Origin: a virus
Lineage: Duplodnaviria; Caudoviricetes
Strand: one strand, 5' to 3'
IMG/VR virus record: IMGVR_UViG_3300038379_000713
Location: 1-32,122 of that record
DNA: 32,122 nucleotides
Positions within the stretch are counted from its first letter, which is position 1. The number at the start of each line of letters is the position of its first letter. Under the pieces are notes generated by a model. It searched no databases, was not told the origin of the DNA, and saw only the letters and a program-made list of their open reading frames with translations. The position numbers and the translations under genes were made by a program. This document shows positions 25,936 to 32,122 of the stretch, one piece after another.

Positions 25936-25970
25936 CTCGCCTGCTCGCAGGCCATAGACCATAATCGCAT

Positions 25971-25986
25971 CTGCATTATTGCAGGA
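25971..25986. promoter_or_regulatory. Operator palindrome upstream of the repressor gene
   Basis: CTGCATTATTGCAG at 25971-25984; reads TCCTGCAATAATGCAG on the minus strand. Confidence 0.65.
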
Positions 25987-25988
25987 TT

Positions 25989-26022
25989 TGTCCTGGAATT
26001 TGCAGGACAGACCCTTTTTTTT
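25989..26022 (+). terminator. Possible terminator ending the replication operon
   Basis: TGTCCTG/CAGGACA stem with a T8 run 5 nt downstream. Confidence 0.4.
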
Positions 26023-26104
26023 CCGGGCGCGGAAAGGCAGAGTGATTGCGGCGACGTGCAGCTACTCGCTAGGCCGCTATTGGTCTATAATTGGGAGTGA
26101 CAAC

Positions 26105-26749
26105 ATGGCTCGAAAGCCAGGGCTCGAAACCAAGCTGCGGATTGCAAGCTGGATGCGGACGGTGATGGAGCAACGAGGGTGGTCGGCGGAGGAGTGGGCG
26201 CGGCGCGCCGATACCAGCGCCACGAACATCACCCGGATTCTTGCCGATCCAAAAACCGCAAGCCTGCCGACTTCTGCGACGGTGGCAAAGCTGTCGAGGG
26301 TCGCGTCGTCTCAGCCGAACCTGGTTTTCGACCAGGCTACGCAGAAGCTGTTTGAGGGAGTGCCCTTGTTCAACGCGCGTCAGGTCGAGCGCTTTTTGAA
26401 AAGTGATAGGGACATGCAAAAACAATTAGTGCGGGCCTCGCTCGAGGAAGGCCCTGCGATTACGACCATGTACAAGCCGTCGCCGCGGGCGTTCGCTGTG
26501 CGGCTCGATACCGACAGCTTGGAGCTTCGCGGGCTTTACAAGACAGACCTCGTTGTCGTCGAACCGGTCGATGTTGTACCGCCGACTAACGGCAGCATCA
26601 TCATCGCCCAGGTCGCCGGCAAGTTGAGTGCTTACCTTTACCAGCCGCCGCTGCTTGTGCCGCAAAGCCGAAGCGACAACCAGCCGATCGAGATCCGGTC
26701 GGTGGCGATCATCGGGCGCGCCGTTCATCTGGAGCGTCCGCTAGTCTAG
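26105..26749 (+). CDS. CI/LexA-like repressor (HTH plus degenerate S24 domain)
   Basis: N-terminal HTH 'GWSAEEWARRADTSATNITRI'; C-terminal 'AFAVRLDTDSL...DLVVVEP...GSIIIAQV'; GGGAG RBS, TATAAT at 26086. Confidence 0.8.
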   Translation: MARKPGLETKLRIASWMRTVMEQRGWSAEEWARRADTSATNITRILADPKTASLPTSATVAKLSRVASSQPNLVFDQATQKLFEGVPLFNARQVERFLKSDRDMQKQLVRASLEEGPAITTMYKPSPRAFAVRLDTDSLELRGLYKTDLVVVEPVDVVPPTNGSIIIAQVAGKLSAYLYQPPLLVPQSRSDNQPIEIRSVAIIGRAVHLERPLV

Positions 26750-26760
26750 ACCGTCGAGAG

Positions 26761-26794
26761 AAGAACACGCGCCTGGGCCAGGCGCGTTTCTTTT
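26761..26794 (+). terminator. Intrinsic terminator after the repressor
   Basis: ACGCGCCTG/CAGGCGCGT stem followed by TTCTTTT. Confidence 0.75.
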
Positions 26795-26796
26795 GC

Positions 26797-26825
26797 TTGC
26801 GGTCCTGCAAAAATGCAGCTATTGT
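26797..26825 (+). promoter_or_regulatory. Sigma70-type promoter with operator in the spacer (recombination/integration operon)
   Basis: TTGCGG-17 bp-TATTGT; operator CTGCAAAAATGCAG at 26805-26818. Confidence 0.75.
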
Positions 26826-26856
26826 CGCATCAATCCTGCAAACCCGAGGAGAGAAC

Positions 26857-27804
26857 ATGATCGCAGCCGTTCCAGCTTCCCCGAAAGTCGACCTGACACC
26901 GCAACAAATCGCCAACCGCGCCAAGGGCATCGGAGGTTCCGACGCCAAGCGCATCATGGACGGCGACGTGCTGGCCTTGTGGGAGGAGAAGACCGGGCGC
27001 CGCGAGCCCGAAGACCTGACCTGGAAGCTGCCGGTGCAGGTCGGCAAATGGACCGAGGGGCTGAACGCCCTGTGGTTCGCGCACGAGACCGGCCTCGCAA
27101 TCGACACCAGCGCCGCCGTCAAGACCGCCACCCTCTACCACCCGGCCTATGCGTTCATGCTGTGCCACCTCGACGGCATCGTGACCGAAAACGGCGTCGC
27201 CAAACTCTGGGAGGCGAAGCATACGAATCCCTTCGAGGACGACACCGTGGTGGTCGATCGGTCGTTCGCCCAGATGCAGCACAACATGGAGTGCGGCGAT
27301 TATCCGGAGGCCTTCCTGTCCGTGATCTACGGGAACAGCAAGTACCGCCACTTCCGCATTGCCCGCGACGCCGATTACATCGGCGAGCTGTTGCAGCGCG
27401 AGGCCGAGTTCTGGCATTGCGTCGAGACCGACACGCCGCCGACGGGAACCATCGTCGAGCCCGTCGTCGCGCCGAAGTTCGAGGAGCTGCGGACTGTCGA
27501 TCTCAGCGCCAACAACATGTGGGGCGACGCCGCCTCGACCTGGTTGCAATACCGCAGCTCCGCCAAGGCCTACGACGCCGCGGAAGCGACGCTCAAGGGG
27601 CTGGTCGAGCCCGACGTCGGGTTTGCCTACGGGAAGGCGTCGTACCAGACAATCTCCAGCGGCAAATCCATGACCGTGCAGACCCGGCTGGTCATCGCCC
27701 GCTCACGCAACAATCGGCTGACGGTGCGCGAGGCGACCGCCAAGGACAAGGCCGCCATCGCCGAACGTGAATTGGAGAGATCCGACAATGTCGCACGCCA
27801 GTGA
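26857..27804 (+). CDS. YqaJ / lambda-exonuclease-family recombination nuclease
   Basis: 'R.KGIGGSDA', 'LWEEKTG', 'CHLDG', 'WEAKHT', 'QMQHNM'. Confidence 0.92.
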   Translation: MIAAVPASPKVDLTPQQIANRAKGIGGSDAKRIMDGDVLALWEEKTGRREPEDLTWKLPVQVGKWTEGLNALWFAHETGLAIDTSAAVKTATLYHPAYAFMLCHLDGIVTENGVAKLWEAKHTNPFEDDTVVVDRSFAQMQHNMECGDYPEAFLSVIYGNSKYRHFRIARDADYIGELLQREAEFWHCVETDTPPTGTIVEPVVAPKFEELRTVDLSANNMWGDAASTWLQYRSSAKAYDAAEATLKGLVEPDVGFAYGKASYQTISSGKSMTVQTRLVIARSRNNRLTVREATAKDKAAIAERELERSDNVARQ

Positions 27805-28135
27805 ATTGAACGCCGCCGCCGCGCTCGTCGAAGTCGCCGTGATGAAGCTTCTCAAGGTCCTCGACCGGCGCGGCTACGTCGATGCAGACGTGTCGCTGTA
27901 CATCCTGCGTTCTTCGTACCGGACGTCGAGCTACATGCTGGTCGTCTATCCCGTCGAACATCGGACAGACCTGCGGTTCGGCCGCACGTTCGATCCCGAC
28001 GCGTTCGCCGACACGCTGGCGGAAGCGCGGGCGTGGTGCGACGCGTTGCCGCCGAGCATCCGGTGGACGCCGGAGCTGGTCGAGCAAGTCCTGGGTGTCG
28101 CGCCGCCGCCGGCGGAGCCCCAGGCGACGGCGTGA
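27788..28135 (+). CDS. Hypothetical protein, 115 aa
   Basis: GGAGA RBS; in operon. Confidence 0.6.
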   Translation: MSHASELNAAAALVEVAVMKLLKVLDRRGYVDADVSLYILRSSYRTSSYMLVVYPVEHRTDLRFGRTFDPDAFADTLAEARAWCDALPPSIRWTPELVEQVLGVAPPPAEPQATA

Positions 28136-28143
28136 CCCCGAGC

Positions 28144-28183
28144 GGCGCGGCCGGCGAGCGACGCGCCGGCTCCGCCTTTTTTT
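28144..28183 (+). terminator. Intrinsic terminator/attenuator
   Basis: GC stem (GCCGGCG/CGCCGGC core) followed by T7. Confidence 0.65.
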
Positions 28184-28196
28184 CGAGGAGAGAGTC

Positions 28197-28973
28197 ATGA
28201 GCAGCAAGAAAGGCCCGCTGGAGAATCCGAACCTGGCGTTGTGGCATCGCTTCTATGTCACCGACCCCTCGCAGACCAAGACGTTCAAACGCGGTGGCGG
28301 GTTCTCCGGCACGGCGATTCGGCCGTTCTGGGTCATCATGCGCGCCACCGAGGAGTTCGGCCCGGCCGGCAAGGGTTGGGGCTGGCAGGAGGTCGAGCAC
28401 AAGATTCATGTCACCACGGACGACCGCGCCGTGTGGTTTTCCAAGGTCGTCGTCTGGTACACGCTCGACGGCCAGCGCCACGAGACCGGGCCGCAGTGGG
28501 GCGCCACGGAAATGGTCGGCGTGTACGCCAGCGGCAAGAAGTTCTTCGACGAGGAAGCCGCCAAGAAGGCCGTGACCGACGGCATCATGAAATGCCTGTC
28601 GTACCTCGGCCTGGCCGGCGACGTGCACATGGGAAACTTCGATGACAGCAAGTACGTCGCGGAGGCGCGCGAGCATTATCGCGAGAAAGACGGCGCCGCG
28701 GCCGGCCGGAAGGTCGAAACGGCCGACGCCGACGCCGTCGCCTGGCGCGAGCAGATGGTGGCGACCGTCAAGGCGACCACCGACGAAGCCGCGCTGAAAA
28801 CGCTGTGGGAATCGCACAAGGCCACGTTTCGGAGTTACAGCCAGTCCGGCGTGCCCGGCCAGAAAGCCGTCGCCAACTTCGTCAAGAGCCAGATCGAGCG
28901 GCGCCTGGCTGAACTTCGCCAGCACGCCGCCGGCGATCCGGACGCGACCGAAGCCGATACGGAGGCCGCATGA
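28197..28973 (+). CDS. Rad52/22 (Sak)-like ssDNA annealing protein
   Basis: 'ATEEFGPAGKGWGW', 'DEEAAKKAVTDGIMKCLSYLGLAGDVHMG'; adjacent to YqaJ and SSB. Confidence 0.8.
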   Translation: MSSKKGPLENPNLALWHRFYVTDPSQTKTFKRGGGFSGTAIRPFWVIMRATEEFGPAGKGWGWQEVEHKIHVTTDDRAVWFSKVVVWYTLDGQRHETGPQWGATEMVGVYASGKKFFDEEAAKKAVTDGIMKCLSYLGLAGDVHMGNFDDSKYVAEAREHYREKDGAAAGRKVETADADAVAWREQMVATVKATTDEAALKTLWESHKATFRSYSQSGVPGQKAVANFVKSQIERRLAELRQHAAGDPDATEADTEAA

Positions 28974-29257
28974 CCTGTGACACCGTCAAATTGCCCAACG
29001 GCGTCATCGCCATCGTGTGCAGCCGCGGCCGACGGCAAAACTGCTCGATGCCGCGCTGCACCCGGCCGGGGACGCTGCTGTGCGATTATCCGGTCGCGGA
29101 AGGCCGCACCTGCGACAGGCGCATGTGCAAGACGCACGCCGCCAAGATCGCGGCGAACAAGCATTACTGTCCGCAACATCAGGTAGGCGCGTCGGACGGC
29201 CGGCCGGGGCCGGCCGCGCCCGACGTCGCCGGGAAAGGAGAGGACCATGTGGAATGA
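28970..29257 (+). CDS. Cys-rich zinc-finger protein
   Basis: 'LCDYP...TCDRRMCKTHA...HYCPQH'. Confidence 0.7.
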   Translation: MTCDTVKLPNGVIAIVCSRGRRQNCSMPRCTRPGTLLCDYPVAEGRTCDRRMCKTHAAKIAANKHYCPQHQVGASDGRPGPAAPDVAGKGEDHVE

Positions 29258-29690
29258 GGCCATCATTTGCGGCTATGCCGGCCGCGACCCCGAGGTGCGC
29301 ACCACGAACGGCGGCGACGCCGTCACGTCGCTGTCCGTCGCGACCACGGACCGCTGGAAGGACAAGGGCACCGGCGAGCCGCGCGAACGCACCGAATGGC
29401 ACCGCATCGTGCTGTTCGGCCGCCTGGCGGAGATCGCCGGCGATTATGTCAAGAAGGGAACGCTGGTCCTTGTCCGCGGGCAGATCCAGACGCGCAAGTG
29501 GACCGATCAGTCCGGCAACGATCGCTATACGACGGAGATCGTCGTCAGCGGCTTCGATGCCAGGCTCAAGATTCTCGGCGGCGGCGGCGACGACGGCGCC
29601 GACGCGCCGGTCGACAGAAAAAGCGTCCGCAAGCGCGCGGCGGCGCCCGCCCAGCCGGCCGCCGAGCTGGACGACGAGATTCCCTTCTGA
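29247..29690 (+). CDS. ssb: Single-stranded DNA-binding protein
   Basis: 'GRDPEVR', 'ERTEWHRIV', 'G.IQTRKWTD', acidic tail LDDEIPF. Confidence 0.97.
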   Translation: MWNEAIICGYAGRDPEVRTTNGGDAVTSLSVATTDRWKDKGTGEPRERTEWHRIVLFGRLAEIAGDYVKKGTLVLVRGQIQTRKWTDQSGNDRYTTEIVVSGFDARLKILGGGGDDGADAPVDRKSVRKRAAAPAQPAAELDDEIPF

Positions 29691-29792
29691 CCGGCGCCGC
29701 CCGCGCCGGGGGCCGCGGCGGCGGCCGGCGCGGCACCGGCGACGCTCAACCAGCGTTTCCGCCGCCGCCCCCTCCCAGTGACAGGAGTCACA

Positions 29793-30374
29793 ATGACATC
29801 GGAAGAACTTCGACAGCAGCCGGCGGACGTCAGCGCGGAGACGCTGCTCGACAAGGACGGCAAGTACCTGCTTGGCGATTACCGCGATTTTTTGCTGCGC
29901 CAGGTCAGGCGATACGCGCCCTGGGCGACGATGACCGAGAAGCAGCAGCAGGAGCTCATCGACGCCAGCACCGCCGCCGCCGTCACCTTTATTCACCGCG
30001 CGGTCGCGATCGTCGCCGCCAACGGCAAGCCGGCCATGCGCGCCGTCCTGGCGCAGATCACCATCAAGGACGGCATCGAGGCCAAGGTGAAGGTGTCGAA
30101 GTATGACCCGATGCGGCACGATCTCGTGGACGCCCAGGGCTCCACGCTGCTGATTTCGATCGTGGACGCGGCGGCGTTCAGCGAGACGCGCGGGGACGTC
30201 AAGCCGGATCCCGACCAGCCGCCGTTGCCGATCGACGACGATGCCGGCCCGGACGACGACAGCGGCCCGTCCGCGAAGCGCAGCGACAGTCCCAAGCCGC
30301 GCAAAGGCCGCCGCCCGCCGCCCGTTGACGACGGCGGCACGGACGACGATCCCGACGACAACGACGACGACTGA
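29793..30374 (+). CDS. Phage hypothetical protein with acidic tail
   Basis: AGGAG RBS; 'PWATMTEKQQQELID...QITIKDGI'. Confidence 0.75.
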   Translation: MTSEELRQQPADVSAETLLDKDGKYLLGDYRDFLLRQVRRYAPWATMTEKQQQELIDASTAAAVTFIHRAVAIVAANGKPAMRAVLAQITIKDGIEAKVKVSKYDPMRHDLVDAQGSTLLISIVDAAAFSETRGDVKPDPDQPPLPIDDDAGPDDDSGPSAKRSDSPKPRKGRRPPPVDDGGTDDDPDDNDDD

Positions 30375-30380
30375 CCGGTC

Positions 30381-30626
30381 ATGGCCGCGTGTCCCTGGTG
30401 CGGACAGCCCGTCAAGCCCGCCCGGCGGCGCGGCTGGGCGGCAAAGCGATTCTGCTCCGATACCTGCCGGAACAGCTTCCACTCGGCCGCTCGGCGATGG
30501 GTGCATCAAGCCATCGCCGCCGGCCTGCTGACCGTGGACATCATCCGAAACGCCTCGCGGCGCCCGTGCACGCCTTCAGGATTGCCGGACGTTGCGGTGG
30601 GGATTGCCGATGCCCAAAGTTCCTAA
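30381..30626 (+). CDS. Zinc-ribbon protein (CxxC...FCSxxCR)
   Basis: 'CPWCG...KRFCSDTCR'. Confidence 0.65.
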   Translation: MAACPWCGQPVKPARRRGWAAKRFCSDTCRNSFHSAARRWVHQAIAAGLLTVDIIRNASRRPCTPSGLPDVAVGIADAQSS

Positions 30627-30891
30627 TGCATGGCCTAGCGGCGCGTTGCCGGCCCGGATGAATGCCGAGTGCGCGGCGTACTTCGTCGGCGTGTCTCTCG
30701 CGAAGTTTCGTTTGGGCGTGAAGGCCGGGAAGTATCCGGCCTCAGTGAAAGACGGCGGCAACGTGCTGTGGCGCACGAAGGATTTGCAAGCCTGCATTGA
30801 CGGCGAGCGCAATCCCGGTCAGGGTCGGGGGAAGGACTACTGGCTTGGAAAGCTGGGCGATGGTGCAGATCACGCTGCAGGGCCTGAATAA
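30610..30891 (+). CDS. Excisionase / AlpA-like DNA-binding protein
   Basis: 'AAYFVGVS...F...V..GKYP...LWRTKDL'; directly upstream of and overlapping the integrase. Confidence 0.75.
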   Translation: MPKVPNAWPSGALPARMNAECAAYFVGVSLAKFRLGVKAGKYPASVKDGGNVLWRTKDLQACIDGERNPGQGRGKDYWLGKLGDGADHAAGPE

Positions 30892-32038
30892 GGTCCGCTC
30901 CAAAGGGCGCTGGTACTACTACCACCGCAAGACACAGACGAGGATCCCTGACGAGCTGCTTGAGCCGGGCCGCGAGTCAGAGCTGTTAAAGTTTGTCGAT
31001 CGGCTTATTGGCAAGGCGAAGCACGCCACGTCATCCAAGACCCTGGGCGCGCTGATCGTTGCCTACAAGGCATCCCCGGAGTTCGCGAGTCTTGCGGCGC
31101 GGACGCGCCAGGACTACGGGCGCGTGTTCGATTATCTCGCGGACATCGCCGGCATGGAACTCAACGAGTATCTGGATGAGGAGTTCGTCATTGGCGCCCG
31201 CGACAAGGCGTTTAAGACACGGACGGCTGGCAAGGACGGCAAACCGCGCACTCGGCGCCGTTTTGCCAACTACCTCGTACAGGTGATGTCGCTGTTGTTT
31301 TCCTGGGGGAAACCGCGGGGCTGGCTCAAGCACATGAACGGCAATCCTGCCGCCGATGTGCCGCTGATCGCCCGTCCGAAGAACATACCGAAGGCGAATC
31401 GAGCCTGGCGTCCGCATGAGCGCGAGGCCATCTTTACCGCGGCCAAGAAAAAGCTGCCGCAGATCCTCGTGCCGCTGGCGCTAGGCCGCTGGGCCGGCTT
31501 GCGCGAGGCAGACGCGGTTTACTTTCAGCGTCGATTTTATGACGGCAAGAACATCGACCTGGACCAGGGCAAAACAGGCAACCCGCTGTGGCTGCCGGCG
31601 CCGCTGCCGCTGCGCGAGATCCTCGATGCGGCGCTGGCTGACGCGAGGGAGAAGAACATCGTGTCGCCGCAGCTGGGCTTGAACAGCCGCGGGAAGCCCT
31701 GGACGCAGAATGGCTATACTCGGATGTTCTTCAAGTTGATCGGCGATCTGAAGGTCAAGGAGACGATCGCGCCGGGGATCACATTCCACGGTTTACGGCA
31801 TACTGTCGGCAAGGAGCTGGCGGATCTCGGCTTTGACAACGAGACGATCGCCGCCTACCTCGGCCACACGACCATCGACATGGCGCGGCACTACTCAAGG
31901 GAAGCCGACCGAAACAAACGCCGCAAGGCGGTGGTCCGGAAGCTGGATCGCCTGCACCGCAAGAACAATCCGGTGACAGAGTTGCAAAACCGCGTTGCAA
32001 AACTAGGCCCGGTTCGGGACGATGGATCTGCTAAGTGA
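30860..32038 (+). CDS. int: Tyrosine integrase
   Basis: Catalytic residues GLR, K (QGKTG), HGLRH, LGH, Y (RHYS); adjacent to a tRNA 3' end. Confidence 0.95.
   Translation: MVQITLQGLNKVRSKGRWYYYHRKTQTRIPDELLEPGRESELLKFVDRLIGKAKHATSSKTLGALIVAYKASPEFASLAARTRQDYGRVFDYLADIAGMELNEYLDEEFVIGARDKAFKTRTAGKDGKPRTRRRFANYLVQVMSLLFSWGKPRGWLKHMNGNPAADVPLIARPKNIPKANRAWRPHEREAIFTAAKKKLPQILVPLALGRWAGLREADAVYFQRRFYDGKNIDLDQGKTGNPLWLPAPLPLREILDAALADAREKNIVSPQLGLNSRGKPWTQNGYTRMFFKLIGDLKVKETIAPGITFHGLRHTVGKELADLGFDNETIAAYLGHTTIDMARHYSREADRNKRRKAVVRKLDRLHRKNNPVTELQNRVAKLGPVRDDGSAK
31981..32003 (+). repeat. 10-bp direct repeat, putative integrase arm-type sites
   Basis: GTTGCAAAAC at 31981 and 31994, about 50 bp from the tRNA 3' end. 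Confidence 0.6.
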
Positions 32039-32049
32039 CTGAAAAAGCT

Positions 32050-32122
32050 TGGTTGGGGGACTAGGATTCGAACCTAGACTGGCGGAGTCAGAGTCCGCTG
32101 TCCTACCGTTAGACGATCCCCC
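32050..32122 (-). tRNA. tRNA-Gln(CTG), probable integration site; first base lies outside the window
   Basis: Reverse complement GGGGGATCGTCTAACGGTAGGACAGCGGACTCTGACTCCGCCAGTCTAGGTTCGAATCCTAGTCCCCCAACCA: cloverleaf, CTG anticodon, TTCGAAT loop, CCA end. Confidence 0.95.

Larger units (their letters stand above)
1..32050. mobile_element. Temperate podovirus-like prophage integrated at tRNA-Gln; extends beyond the left edge
   Basis: Head, tail, packaging, repressor, replication, recombination and integrase modules abutting a tRNA. Confidence 0.95.

Noticed and set aside
1-32038. T7-like virion genes without phage RNA or DNA polymerase, combined with lambdoid-type replication and integration
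   Set aside because: Already known among temperate podoviruses, so not novel in itself; lysis and tail-fibre genes probably lie beyond the left edge.
32050-32060. tRNA-Gln discriminator reads A rather than the G I would expect, possibly phage-supplied
   Set aside because: Cannot be judged without the uninterrupted host allele or the other att copy; natural variation is plausible.

Overview
GC-rich window holding most of a temperate prophage, probably from an alphaproteobacterial host (inferred from gene families and composition). It is integrated at the 3' end of a tRNA-Gln(CTG) at the right edge, and its left end runs off the window. The minus strand (1-15.6 kb) is a podovirus T7/BPP-1/HTVC010P-style morphogenesis operon: TerS, small ORFs, TerL, portal, scaffold, major capsid, two paralogous small proteins, tail tubular A/B and three internal virion proteins. 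The plus strand (16.4-32.0 kb) is entirely co-directional: small accessory ORFs including two tandem paralog sets, DUF932, ParB, HTH regulators, a replication initiator, a CI-like repressor, YqaJ nuclease, a Rad52-like annealase, SSB, Xis and a tyrosine integrase. The most striking unexplained structure is a ~465-nt imperfect rod-like nested inverted repeat (15809-16272) at the divergence point of the two arms. It precedes a gene set resembling the leading region of conjugative elements. A 14-bp palindromic operator (CTGCA-N4-TGCAG) occurs four times, twice inside near-identical sigma70 promoters. All family assignments are from motif recognition by eye; no searches were run.
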